From contig CBDAOI010000004.1 of the NCBI GenBank assembly GCA_965198005.1, positions 416,001 to 480,000 of the forward strand: 64,000 bases of DNA, written 5' to 3'. The stretch comes from Spirochaetia bacterium (lineage in GTDB: Bacteria > Spirochaetota > Spirochaetia > SZUA-6 > Bin103). The translations under genes and the position numbers were made by a program. How positions within the stretch are numbered: position 1 is the first letter of the stretch; the number at the start of each line of letters is the position of its first letter. A model generated the notes under the pieces. The model worked only from the letters and a program-made list of their open reading frames with translations. It was not told the origin of the DNA and searched no databases. This document shows positions 27,859 through 38,133 of this stretch, piece after piece.

Positions 27859-30801
27859 TCAACGTCGCCTGCGCCGTTCCAATTCCGCGCCGTCCGGCTC
27901 CGTCCCGCGCCCTTTCTTCGACTTCCGCAGGTTTCGTGTGTAGTCGCAAGCTGGGAAGTTCGAGCAGCCGAGGAAGCGCCCGTACCTGCCCATTTTGGCG
28001 TTCAGCCAGCCGTCGCAGACCGGACAGGCCGCGATGGCCCCGCCGCAATCGCGGCAACGGAAAGCTTCGCCGGACCTGACGGGAAGGCCGTTCCCGCAGC
28101 GGGGGCAGGCACGCGCCGTGTGCTCGCACAGCGGAAAGTTCGAGCAACCGTAGAAGACGCCTCGGCTTCGGGCGTTTTCCCGGCGCTCCAGCCGTCCGCC
28201 GGTGCATCGCGGACAGGATACGTCGCCTGCCGGCGGACGGCCGAATACCTCTACATCGTATCCGCCGTCGATCAACTCCGTCACGAATTCGGACGTCGGA
28301 CCCCCGTCGGCAAGCAGGAAGACCTGCCGTCTCGCCCGGGTGATCGCGACATAGAGCAGGCGACGCTCCTCGGCGTTCGGATGGGCCTCGGGCGCTGCCA
28401 GCACCAGATCAAGCAGCGGATCGTCGGCGATTTCGGCGGGAAACCCGTGCTTTCCCGCACTGAGGCCGAGGATCACCGCATAGTCGGCCTCGAGACCCTT
28501 TGAGCGGTGCACGGTCATCCAGGTAAAGTGAAGGCCTGGATACTGCTTCGGCAGCGCGTCCAGATTGCGGGGCCGCAGATGCCGGTAGCGGCCCAGCAGT
28601 AGCACTTCCGACGTGCCGTCGTGGCGGCGGGCATCCTCTGCGATCCGGTCGAGAGTCTCCTTCAGAAGCGAGAGTTCCGGCTCGCCGGGAAGCCCGACGT
28701 ATACCGCTGGCCGGTCCGCCTCGCGCGTCGTGCGTACGGTCTTGCGGATCTGCGCCGGGTTGCGCAACACAAAATCGGTTGCGACCACGGCAATCCGGTC
28801 GGCGCAGCGGAATGTGGTAGCGAGATCGATGCGCTCGAACGCACCGAAATGGTCCTCGAACTCTCGCATGACCGCGAAGTCCGAGCCGCCGAACCGGTAA
28901 ATCGCCTGCCAGTCGTCGCCGACCGCGAAGAGTTGCGCCCCCGGCGAGCTGTCGAGCAACGCCTTCAGCAGCCGTGCGCGAGACGGCGAGATGTCCTGGA
29001 ACTCGTCGACCAGGATGTATCCGAACGGGCTGCGGTAACGTCCTTCCTCCACGAGATCAGTCGCCCGGTTGATCATGTCGTGGAAATCGATTTCCCCTGA
29101 GGCGGCGAGCGCTTCCTGATAGCGCTCGAAGATCGGCCGGAACACCGAGAGAAACATCTCCGCCCGCTTCGGGTCACAGTGGGCGGCGACGCGTTCGGCG
29201 ATGTCGTCAAGGGACAGCCGGCTGCCCTTGAAGTGCTGCAGAAAGGTCGCCACCAGCCGCGTGAACGGATCGATCCGCCCCTGTTGTTCCAGAGAGGCGA
29301 ACATGCCCTCGCGCGAGATCGGCAAGAGAGTCACCCCGTGGGCCGAGAGTTTCTCCGTCAGATTCCGGAGCAATCTGCCGTCGGTCTGTTCGTGACTGAA
29401 GGTTTCGATCAGGACTGTGCCGTGGTCGGCATGGACGCCGCGCTTCCACTCCATGTCCCGCCAATATTGCTCCCGGTCGACGAATGGCGCCGTGTTCCCA
29501 TCGGCGTCGATCCCCAAGTGTTCGATATAGATTCCGTGCTCGCGAAGACGAAAGTCGGGCTTGTACTGACGCCTTTCCGAAGTCGCCAGATCGTGTTCAT
29601 AGGGGGCTTCGTACTCGTAGGCGACGCCGTGGGAGTAGAGAAAGTTCGCGATCTCGCATTCCTCGAAGCTGCGGACGGTTTCGCCCTTCACCGAGCGGAT
29701 GTCGAACTTGCGGATGTAGTCATAGTACTCGCCCCAGTTTCTGAACTCGTGCTCGCTCCTGTATGGCGCGAACCCCTCCTGGAACCATTGATCCAGCGTG
29801 GCCGAAAGGCCGCGGTCGGCGAGCAGACCGGCCACGATTCCCTTGAGCAGGTCGAACAGGGTCCGGTCGTTCTCCGCCGTCGCGGCGAGTGCCGGGCGCT
29901 TACCTTCGGCTTCGCCGACGATCGCCATGCCGAGGCTGTGGAAGGTGCGGACCGTCACATCGCGCGCGATTGCGGTGCCGAGACGCTTATCGATCCGCTC
30001 TTCCATCTCCCTGCGGGCATCGCGCGCGAAGGCGAGCAGCAGCAGTTCGGAGGGCTTGCGATACCCCTTTCGGACGAGCCAGCCGGTCTTGGCCACGATG
30101 ACCGAGGTCTTCCCGCTACCGGCCGCGGCGACAACGAGGTTGCGGTGCTCGTCGATCACGACCGCCCTGCGCTGCTCCTCCGTGAGCGGGCGGGCCTCGA
30201 TCCGGTCGAAGAGTTCGCGCGAGCGCACCAGCTCGTTGACGACGAACGCGTCGTTGGCCTTCGCCTTGGCATCGCCCCGCGCTTCCAGAAAGTCGAGCAC
30301 GTCCCTAAGCATCCGGATCTCCGGGGCATCCGACAACGCTTCCGGCCACCGCGGCGCCAACCCGCCGGCAACCGTTTGCACCTCAGCCTCAAGGTCGCGA
30401 AGTGCGGCGGCGGTGAGGTATCTGGGCGGATCGGCCAATGCCGTCAGCCGGTCATGCACGGAGCGAAGCGTTTCCAGTTGCGGTGCAAGCGTACGGCGCC
30501 ACCAGTTGCATCTCGCAGTTTCAAGGGCATCGGCAAGAGCGTTTGCAGCCGTTCGGGACAAGCCCGAAACATGCACGTTCCCTGCGGTATGGCGGACCCG
30601 CACGCTGCAATAAGGCCGCCCGTCCGCCACATCGACCACTTCCACGTCGCCCAACGATATGTCGGCGGGACGTGAACCGAACAGCAGCCGGACCGCTTCA
30701 GCGTTCACCGATGCCGCCCTAGCATGGCGCCGATGCAGGATCGCGAACAGGATCGTGGCGAGGCCAGTCCGCTTGGCCTCAAACAGGGTGTCCGTAGCCA
30801 A
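27859..30801 (-). CDS. UvrD/helicase IV-like SF1 helicase with inserted nuclease-like domain and C-terminal topoisomerase-type Zn fingers
   Basis: AAAGSGKT, VDEFQD, VGDDWQAIY, H.SKGLE, EERRLLYVAITRA; YKPDF..IYIEH insert; CP.C/GCSNFP repeats. Confidence 0.9.
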   Translation of the reverse strand: MATDTLFEAKRTGLATILFAILHRRHARAASVNAEAVRLLFGSRPADISLGDVEVVDVADGRPYCSVRVRHTAGNVHVSGLSRTAANALADALETARCNWWRRTLAPQLETLRSVHDRLTALADPPRYLTAAALRDLEAEVQTVAGGLAPRWPEALSDAPEIRMLRDVLDFLEARGDAKAKANDAFVVNELVRSRELFDRIEARPLTEEQRRAVVIDEHRNLVVAAAGSGKTSVIVAKTGWLVRKGYRKPSELLLLAFARDARREMEERIDKRLGTAIARDVTVRTFHSLGMAIVGEAEGKRPALAATAENDRTLFDLLKGIVAGLLADRGLSATLDQWFQEGFAPYRSEHEFRNWGEYYDYIRKFDIRSVKGETVRSFEECEIANFLYSHGVAYEYEAPYEHDLATSERRQYKPDFRLREHGIYIEHLGIDADGNTAPFVDREQYWRDMEWKRGVHADHGTVLIETFSHEQTDGRLLRNLTEKLSAHGVTLLPISREGMFASLEQQGRIDPFTRLVATFLQHFKGSRLSLDDIAERVAAHCDPKRAEMFLSVFRPIFERYQEALAASGEIDFHDMINRATDLVEEGRYRSPFGYILVDEFQDISPSRARLLKALLDSSPGAQLFAVGDDWQAIYRFGGSDFAVMREFEDHFGAFERIDLATTFRCADRIAVVATDFVLRNPAQIRKTVRTTREADRPAVYVGLPGEPELSLLKETLDRIAEDARRHDGTSEVLLLGRYRHLRPRNLDALPKQYPGLHFTWMTVHRSKGLEADYAVILGLSAGKHGFPAEIADDPLLDLVLAAPEAHPNAEERRLLYVAITRARRQVFLLADGGPTSEFVTELIDGGYDVEVFGRPPAGDVSCPRCTGGRLERRENARSRGVFYGCSNFPLCEHTARACPRCGNGLPVRSGEAFRCRDCGGAIAACPVCDGWLNAKMGRYGRFLGCSNFPACDYTRNLRKSKKGRGTEPDGAELERRRRR

Positions 30802-30969
30802 ACTCGGTCGATGCTTGGACCCTGCATCGGCGGCGACACGCTTGTCACGACCGACGGGATGATCCGCCCGCTACATGGAGCGGGTCCCGGCGCTGGGGCT
30901 GTGGCCAAGGCTGTCTCGTAGCATACACTGACCTGCGGGATGGACTGGAGCCGTCGACGCCGAGCCGGA

Positions 30970-30987
30970 TAGTGAGTAAACTCACTA
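30970..30987. promoter_or_regulatory. Perfect inverted repeat, probable operator
   Basis: TAGTGAGT-AA-ACTCACTA. Confidence 0.65.
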
Positions 30988-30992
30988 CTACT

Positions 30993-31682
30993 ATGCGTGC
31001 AGCCGAAATGCAGGCGGTGCTTGAGGCGGCCGCCCGCCTGCAAACGCTGGTGCCTGATGCGGTCCTCGTCGGTGGCACTGCGGCCGCGCACCACGCGCAC
31101 CACCGCGTATCGCTCGACGACGACCACGTCCTCGAAGACCTGCGTGAGCGCTTCGACGAGATCCTGGCCGATCTCGAGGCGACCGACGGTTGGGTAACGG
31201 CGCGGATCCGCAGGCCGGTGCTGATCCTCGGCCGCCTGGACGGCGTGGAGACCGGCATCCGGAATCTTGTGCGTCGGCGACCGCTGGAAGTCGAACAGGT
31301 TCGCGTGGGCGAACGCACCCTGCGGGTACCCACGTTGGTGGAGATCGCACGGATCAAGGCGTGGCTGTGCCTGATCCGCAACGCCACGCGCGACTATCTG
31401 GACTTTGCCGCGCTTGCCGATCGCCTCGGCGCAGCCGAATCATCCTCGGTGGTCATCACCATCGATGACTACTATGCGGATCAGCTCGGGCCCGGTGGTC
31501 GCCGCGTCGCCACCCAGGTCGCCAAGCAGCTGGCCGAGCCGCGCCCCGATGACCTTTCCAGCGTCGACCTTGCCACCTACCGCCAGCTTGACCGTCGCTG
31601 GCAGAACTGGCAAACCGTCGCCGACGCCTGCCGCAAAGTCGCCGTGCGGGTGCTGGATCAACTGGTAGAGGATTCGCCGTGA
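30993..31682 (+). CDS. AbiEii-like nucleotidyltransferase
   Basis: VLVGGTA...HR.S.D.D, K...RNATRDYLD. Confidence 0.8.
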   Translation: MRAAEMQAVLEAAARLQTLVPDAVLVGGTAAAHHAHHRVSLDDDHVLEDLRERFDEILADLEATDGWVTARIRRPVLILGRLDGVETGIRNLVRRRPLEVEQVRVGERTLRVPTLVEIARIKAWLCLIRNATRDYLDFAALADRLGAAESSSVVITIDDYYADQLGPGGRRVATQVAKQLAEPRPDDLSSVDLATYRQLDRRWQNWQTVADACRKVAVRVLDQLVEDSP

Positions 31683-32155
31683 TTCACCGCCACTCCGAGA
31701 TTCCACCAGACACCCCGGCGCGTGATCTGCCGCGTGTGGCACTCGTCGACCTACTGGAGCGCGGCGATCTGCAGGCGTGGCTGCCACTGGCCCGCGCCAT
31801 CCAGGGTGACCCGATGGGCGAACTCGCCATCACCGTCATGCGGCTGATCGACGCCTATCCCATGTATGGCACGTCTGCGTTGTGGCGCGCGTGGATCGAT
31901 CTGTGCCAGGCGCGCGCGCAGGTGGGCACGCGGCCAGCGAGCTTGGCATCGCTGCGCCGCCAGCGGGGGCTCACCCAGGCGCAGGTCGCGGTGCGGCTGG
32001 GCATGAGCCAGTCCGATGTGTCAAAGCTCGAGCGACGGCAAGACCTCCGACTCTCCACGCTCCAGGCGTACGCCCGAGCCCTTGGCGGCCGCCTCCAGCC
32101 CATGTTCGTCACCGGCGCGAACGGCAAGCGGATACCGATCGCGATCCTGCAATGA
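31679..32155 (+). CDS. Partner protein with C-terminal XRE HTH
   Basis: LRRQRGLTQAQVA.RLGMSQS.VSKLE...LSTL..Y..ALGG. Confidence 0.8.
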   Translation: MIHRHSEIPPDTPARDLPRVALVDLLERGDLQAWLPLARAIQGDPMGELAITVMRLIDAYPMYGTSALWRAWIDLCQARAQVGTRPASLASLRRQRGLTQAQVAVRLGMSQSDVSKLERRQDLRLSTLQAYARALGGRLQPMFVTGANGKRIPIAILQ

Positions 32156-32189
32156 TGCGGTCGGCCGGATCTCTGTGTCGGTCGGGCAG

Positions 32190-32375
32190 GTCTTCGATTT
32201 CTCAACCCTCGAGCCGGTGCCCGCCAGCTTCGTCCGCCACCGCTTGCGTCAGCGCCACGGTGACCTGGTCCGGCAAGTGCGCTTCCGCGGTGGCTGGTTG
32301 TACCTGTTGTTGCTGCTGGAGTTCCAATCCACCATCGAGCCCGCCATGGCGGTGCGCGTGCTGACCTTCACCAGT
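32190..32375 (+). pseudogene. Rpn/YhgA-like nuclease/transposase fragment
   Basis: DFSTLE....FV...LRQRHGDL.....WLYLLLLLEFQS. Confidence 0.75.
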
Positions 32376-32439
32376 CTGCAGCGCGAGAATCCTACCGTCG
32401 CGGGGTCGTGGCCACCGAGGGGTGTCGATTCACGGGGCG

Positions 32440-32596
32440 CTCCTTTGAGAGCCTTCTCAGCTGCTTGCTGAGCCAACCAGCAGACGTGTCGGGGAGGAAA
32501 CCTGGCCTCGGACGATAGCGCCTCGGCAACCTCGAGGTCCTCGCGAGCGAAGCGCAGCCATCGGCGAACATCGTTGAGCAGTTCACTATCGCTCAT
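32440..32596 (-). pseudogene. HEPN protein, N-terminal fragment
   Basis: WL..AREDL..A....CWLAQQAAEKALK then break. Confidence 0.8.
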
Positions 32597-32900
32597 ACAA
32601 GACCGTGCCCTCCCGCAGCGCAGGCCTCAGCACGCTGCCCACGAGATCGCCCCGACGGGAGATTTCTTCGGGCGTGGTCACCACGATGTCCTTGCTCACA
32701 GGCACATCGCCAAGGGCGCGGCGGATCTCTACGGTAGTGCTGCGCTTGTCGGTCGCCTCGCGAAGCACAACCAGCAGATCAACGTCGCTATCGGTGACGG
32801 CTGATCCCCGGGCATGCGAACCGAACAGAATGATGCGCAACGGTTGGAATCGCTGCACAACCCGCTCGACCATGGTGTCAATCGTGGCATTCACAGTCAT
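32586..32900 (-). CDS. Minimal nucleotidyltransferase (MNT)
   Basis: LFGSHARG....SDVDLLVV...EG.VLYE. Confidence 0.9.
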   Translation of the reverse strand: MTVNATIDTMVERVVQRFQPLRIILFGSHARGSAVTDSDVDLLVVLREATDKRSTTVEIRRALGDVPVSKDIVVTTPEEISRRGDLVGSVLRPALREGTVLYER

Positions 32901-33039
32901 GTGTCACTATCGGCGAGAGTCCCCAACACGTCCCGGGAGTAGATCTCGACCAGCTACCGTATGCTCGACAGTATACCTTGGGAGAGTCCGATCCGAATAT
33001 CCGTTCCATGACCTCTGCAGGCTGCTGGAGTCGCTGAGC

Positions 33040-33120
33040 GTGGTCAAGTGCGAGACCATCATCTACTGGAGCAACGACGACGAGGCGTTCATCGTTGAAG
33101 TGCCGGGGCTTCCCGGCTAA
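33040..33120 (+). pseudogene. HicB antitoxin N-terminal fragment
   Basis: IIYWSNDDEAFIVEVPGLPG*. Confidence 0.7.
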
Positions 33121-33238
33121 GGAACGCGCAGCGTTCCGTGCACCACGGGCGCCCGTATGCGGGACCAGACGAACCTGCTGTCGCTGGGTCTTCTAAGGTC
33201 TTCCATAGGCCATGATTGAGCAACACGGATGGAAGTAG

Positions 33239-33493
33239 TTGAACTACACCCTGGTTCACTCTCACGAATATACAACCGGTTTGGCGAGACTGGTGGATTT
33301 GCGACGAATGGACGAAGAGATGGCCATTATTGAGCATTCCTTAGCTCGGGTGCCAGAGGCATATTCCACTTTATATGGGCGATTCGGAATCCCTAAGGTG
33401 GTAGTAGATGGCCAAAAGCTACGCATCTTGTTTCGTATAGACCAAGAGGACCGAAGGGTTCCTTTGTTGTACATCGGGAGGGTAGATCAGTGA
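33239..33493 (+). CDS. Small protein, possibly RelE-like fold
   Basis: 84 aa, LRILFRID..RV.LL.I terminus. Confidence 0.35.
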   Translation: MNYTLVHSHEYTTGLARLVDLRRMDEEMAIIEHSLARVPEAYSTLYGRFGIPKVVVDGQKLRILFRIDQEDRRVPLLYIGRVDQ

Positions 33494-33579
33494 CCGACGG
33501 CCCTGGTTTCCCGGCAGGCGGCCCGACCACAGACAAGCGGCACCGCTTAGGTATACGCTGGTCGCGCTATGAGATCGGT

Positions 33580-34438
33580 AACCGTGATGTTATCGACGCT
33601 ATGATGGCTGAAATGATCCAAAGCTTCTCCTTGGACCGTGAACTCATTAGGCATAAGCTCGGGCTGGATGTACCAGTATATGTCCAGTATGGTCGTTGGA
33701 TTGGAGGAGTGCTGCAAGGCGACCTGGGGGTGTCACTCAGGGGAGAGCAGGCTATTACTCCGAAGATATTAGCCAGGTTTCCGGTGACGTTCGAGCTGGG
33801 AGTGTTTGCCGTCGGACTGCTGATATCGTGCCGATCGGCATCTCCCGATCATGGCCATTCGCCAGAATACCATCGGCGACTACGCCGGGCGCGGCATAGC
33901 CGTCACCTTCATCTCAGTCCCGACCTTCTGGACGGCTACCATGGTCATGCTTTACCCCGCTATCTGGTGGGGATGGTCCCCCTCGATGGAACTGATTCGT
34001 CTCACGGAGGACCCGCTCGGTAATCTGGGGATGTTTCTCGTCCCGGCCGCGATCCTGGGGACGGTCCTTTCGGGAACCACGATGCGGATGACGCGCACCA
34101 TGGCACTGGAGGTGCTGCGGCAAGACTACATCCGGACCGCCTGGTCGAAGGGACTCAGGGAGAAGATCGTCGTGATGCGGCATGTCTTGAAGAATGCCCT
34201 CATTCCGGTCGTGACCATCGTCGGCTTTCAGCTGTCCATCCTCATCGGCGGTTCGGTCATCATTGAGCAGATCTTTGTCCTCCCCGGCATCGGCACGCTC
34301 CTGCTGGACTCCATTCAAAGGCGAGACTACCCCATCGTCTCTGGCATTAACCTGTTTTTCGCGACTGCCGTGGTCCTCATCAATCTCCTGATCGACCTGA
34401 GCTACGCCTTCCTGGATCCCCGGGTCCGCTACCGCTAG
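33580..34438 (+). pseudogene. DppB-like permease, 5'-truncated and frameshifted
   Basis: Two frames each similar to 7359-8324. Confidence 0.85.
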
Positions 34439-34449
34439 GAAGCAGAGTC

Positions 34450-34980
34450 ATGATGCAATTCTTCCGGAGGCTGGTCCGGGAACAGCCGCTGGGCACCGTG
34501 GGCGGCATCATCGTGCTGCTGCTGTTCTGCGGCATCTTCGCCGATGTGCTGGCCCCCTACGGGATGAACGAGATTCACCTGATTGACCGGTACGCCCCGC
34601 CGTCATGGCAGTACCTGCTGGGTGCCGACCAGCTGGGGCGCGACATCCTCAGCCGAATCATCTACGGGGCACGCATCTCGGTAGTCGTTGGCCTGTCGGC
34701 AACCAGCATCAACCTGGTGGTGGCGCTGCTGATCGGCGCGACCAGCGGGTTCTTCGGCGGCAAGCTCGACATGGTGGTGCAGCGGTTTGTGGACGCCTGG
34801 ATGGCGTTCCCGGGGCTGCTCATTCTGATCACGGTGATGTCGCTGGTCGGCCAGGGCCAGCTGCAGATCATCCTGGTGCTGGGCATTGCCGGCGGCATCA
34901 GCGGATCGAGAATCGCGCGCAGTGCGGTGATCCGCATCAAGGAGAACGTGTACGTGCAGGCGGCGCAAGCGATTGGGGTG
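34450..34980 (+). pseudogene. DppC-like permease, 3'-truncated
   Basis: Similarity to 8317-9201 stops after YVQAAQAIG. Confidence 0.85.
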
Positions 34981-35109
34981 GGCACCGGCAGCGCGAGCCC
35001 GGACTATTCCCCCGTAGGGAAAAACAAGCATGCGGCGCGGCACCTTGGCGACAAGCCGGTTGCCGGCCAAACCGGATCTGCGCCGGCCCGGGCCGGTGGG
35101 AAGCTACTC

Positions 35110-35225
35110 AGGGCGAGCCTGACGCTGGGTGACGACACGCTGGAGCGTACCTGCCGCGAGGCGATGAACAGCGCCGGACCGGGTGACGCGCTGAGCCTGC
35201 CGCTGAGTCGCTGGGCCGCTGGGCC
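35110..35225 (+). repeat. Fragment of an AAA ATPase paralog of 41191-42789
   Basis: LRASLTLGDDTLER..AMNSAGPG.ALSL.LSRWAA. Confidence 0.85.
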
Positions 35226-35234
35226 GCTGCCGGC

Positions 35235-35427
35235 CGACGCCGCTGGTCGATCGTATGCGGATGCTCATGGACTCGCGGTCACCGGCCTTGCTGGCGTACT
35301 GCTTGCCGCCAAGAGGGCGAGCTTGGTGGAGAGCGTCAGGCCCTTCTTCGAACGATTGGCTGCGCGGGATTTCAGACTCTCGGACCAACTCGTTCAGGCC
35401 ATCCTCGAACAAGCAGGCGAAACGTGA
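35235..35427 (+). pseudogene. DUF3368-like PIN protein C-terminal fragment
   Basis: GL.VTGLAGVLL.AK......FRLS..L...IL..AGE*. Confidence 0.7.
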
Positions 35428-35475
35428 TGCGGGTCTGGGCGATAGCGCTGGTCCTAGAGCACGGCCGCTCGGTCA

Positions 35476-35661
35476 CGCCTGCATGAGCTCGATGATGAGG
35501 TTGCTGAACTTGCTGCGGGTGTCGAAGTAGACGGCGCTGCGAGAGGTCTTGCCGGCAGGGATGATGCTCAGGATGACCGGGAAACCCCGCTCCACCAGCT
35601 TGGCCGCCTCTGCTTCCGGATCGTCAACCGTGTAGGCAATGTGGCCAACCCCCTCGCCGCT
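35476..35661 (-). repeat. 186-bp copy of VOC gene 3' end (45134-45319)
   Basis: 2 mismatches on direct comparison. Confidence 0.9.
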
Positions 35662-35817
35662 TCGGCATCACCCTGGCGGATGTCCTGCCGACCCTGACTG
35701 GCGAGCGCGAGTAATCGAATCGCGACGGCGAAACTGGCTCGCCCGCCGCGCCAGGTATTCGCCGGGCAACCGTCGGCCCGGCCGGGGGTGCCGCAGGACG
35801 GAGCGCGGTGGTGGCGT

Positions 35818-37392
35818 TCAGGCCTGGTCGGCCGCCACCGCGAACGCGGTCACGTTGCGGCTCTGGCGGCTGAACTCCACCCCGATCAAGTGAATCGGTT
35901 GCCCCAGGTGGCGGTACTTGGCCGCGTAGTCGCGGCTCTGGAGCTGCGCCAGCGCGCCCCCCTCCGGCTCCATCTCCACCACCTTGAACTCGAACAGGTA
36001 CACCTGCCCGCCGGTGCGCACCGCCAAGTCCACCCGCCCGTGGCTGGTCGCGTCTTCCACCGTGAGATCATATCCCAGGGCCGCGAAATACGAGAAAAAC
36101 ACGCTCGCGTAGTAGCCCTCGTAGTCGGCGATGTGGTTGTTCGTGTACCACTGGTACGGGATGCTGGCGAAGAACGCCTGAAACAGCTCTTTCATGCCGT
36201 CGAAGTCGTTGGCCTCCAGCAGCCGGTACAGGCGGATGCGGTTGGCGGTCTGGCCGCTGGTGTCCTGCACCAACTGGCCCAGCAGTTGCTCGTTCAGGCT
36301 CTGGCGCACCTCGCGGTTGGGGTAGCGCAGCCGATACAGGACGTTGCCGCCCAGGTCCTCCTCGCCCTCGATGGTCAGGTAGCCGGTCTGGAACAGCAGC
36401 GCCTCGGTGGCGATATGCTCGGCGGCGGTGCGGCCGCCGACGTCGAACGCCCCCAGCAGCTCGGCGGTGGTCACCGTCTCGCCCAGGGTCACCGAGCTGA
36501 CCCGGCGCCGGTACAGGGTCTCCACCAGGAAGCGCGGGGTGCCGGTCTCGAACCAGTACGGGGCGAACTTGCGGCTGTCGAACAGGCGCAGCAGGTCGTA
36601 GGGGTTGTACATCTTCTCCGTGCCCAGCCAGCAGTAGCCGTTGTACCAGGCGCGGATCTGCTCTCGATCCAACCCCGGCAGCTCAGGAGCGAACACCGTA
36701 TCCAGGTCGGCGTCGGTGTAGCCGCAGATCGACGAGTAGCGCCGATCCAGGGTGATGTCGGTGAGGTTGTTCAGATCCGAAAAGAGGCTCACCTTCGAGA
36801 ACTTGCTCACCCCGGTCACGAAGGTGAACCGCACGTGCGCGTCGCTGGCCTTGATCATCCCGTACAGGCCGCGCAGGTAGTCACGGTTGGCGAGCGCCGC
36901 CTCCGGCTCCTCCAGCGCGTCCAGGATCGGCTTGTCGTACTCGTCCACCAGCACCGCCACCCGCTGCCCGCTCTCCCGGTGCAGGGCTTCCAGCAGATAG
37001 CGGAAGCGCTCAGGCGCGGTGTCGTAGCGGCCGGTCACGCCCAGCTCCCGCTCGATGCCCTCCAGCTGGGCCATCACGTTCTGGTGCAGGTAGCCCGGGT
37101 CCCTGAAGCTGCCGCCGGCGAAGTCCAGCCGCACCACCGGATGGCGCACCGACCACTCCCAGCGGTCATGGATGTACAGCCCCTGAAACAACTCCTCGCT
37201 GCCCGCGAACAGCTCCTTCAGGGTGTCCACCAGCAGGCTCTTGCCGAACCGCCGCGGCCGTGACAGGAAGTAGTGCTTACCCGCTTCGTGCAGCCGCCAG
37301 ATATAGGCGGTCTTGTCCACGTAGTAGTAGTCCTCTTCCCGGATCTCGCGAAAGGTCTGGATGCCAAGGGGCAGCCGCCGCTTACGTGCCAT
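35818..37392 (-). CDS. AAA-ATPase-like plus PD-(D/E)XK (PDDEXK_9-like) protein, copy 1
   Basis: LPLGIQTF, RPRRFGKS, VDEYDKP, GRVDL...FEFK. Confidence 0.9.
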   Translation of the reverse strand: MARKRRLPLGIQTFREIREEDYYYVDKTAYIWRLHEAGKHYFLSRPRRFGKSLLVDTLKELFAGSEELFQGLYIHDRWEWSVRHPVVRLDFAGGSFRDPGYLHQNVMAQLEGIERELGVTGRYDTAPERFRYLLEALHRESGQRVAVLVDEYDKPILDALEEPEAALANRDYLRGLYGMIKASDAHVRFTFVTGVSKFSKVSLFSDLNNLTDITLDRRYSSICGYTDADLDTVFAPELPGLDREQIRAWYNGYCWLGTEKMYNPYDLLRLFDSRKFAPYWFETGTPRFLVETLYRRRVSSVTLGETVTTAELLGAFDVGGRTAAEHIATEALLFQTGYLTIEGEEDLGGNVLYRLRYPNREVRQSLNEQLLGQLVQDTSGQTANRIRLYRLLEANDFDGMKELFQAFFASIPYQWYTNNHIADYEGYYASVFFSYFAALGYDLTVEDATSHGRVDLAVRTGGQVYLFEFKVVEMEPEGGALAQLQSRDYAAKYRHLGQPIHLIGVEFSRQSRNVTAFAVAADQA

Positions 37393-37553
37393 CGGCTCAT
37401 CCTACCCCGCGCGCGCGCTCCTTGCCACACCACCCGACCGCTCAGGGTTCATCAAGCGCCCCAGATGGCCGGCGTGTCGACAGGAGCAGGACGGGGCGAA
37501 TCAATGATTTCGACCGCACGCCGGACCGAACCTGGGCGGAAAGATCCAGAAGT

Positions 37554-37674
37554 TCGACGCCGAGCCGGGTAGTGAGTAAACTCACTACCACTATGCGTGC
37601 AGCCGAAATGCAGGCGGTGCTCGAGGCGGCCGCCCGCCTCCAAGCGCTGGTGCCTGATGCGGTCCTGGTCGGTG
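37554..37674 (+). repeat. Copy of AbiEii promoter and 5' end (30954-31074)
   Basis: Near-identical, including the operator palindrome. Confidence 0.9.
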
Positions 37675-38133
37675 AGTACTGCCGGGAGCATGAACCGCCA
37701 CCACCGCCACCACCGCGCCACTCGTGCCACTTGTGCCACCACTTGTGCCACTTGCACTTTCGTGGCGGGTATGAGAGGGTGAGGGCCTGATGCGAAGCGT
37801 CGCTAGCGAACACGGGGGCCGGTCGCGGTTGAGTGTGGCGACCGGCTTGACCACTTTGGCCGCGGCGGGTATGCCCGGATCCTGCGCACCGACGTCGTTA
37901 TTACCGGCGACCAGCCGGAATGAGCGCCGCCCGTGACCATCGGTTGACGGACGACGCCGAGAATCAGACCACCGCCGCCAGCGAGCGTATGAAGCGCGGC
38001 CAGCACTGCTGGAGACGGCGCATCCTCGGAAGATCGCAGCGAGCGTGGGCGGTTTCGGTCACGGTGACCTCGAATTCGCGACAGGTGAGCTTGGCGAGCC
38101 GTCGATGCCGAGCTTGTGCGCGGCGTACAGAAC

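Noticed and set aside
37850-38110. Schlafen/AlbA domain fragment (LAGGGGLILGV)
   Set aside because: Single short resemblance with no supporting motifs
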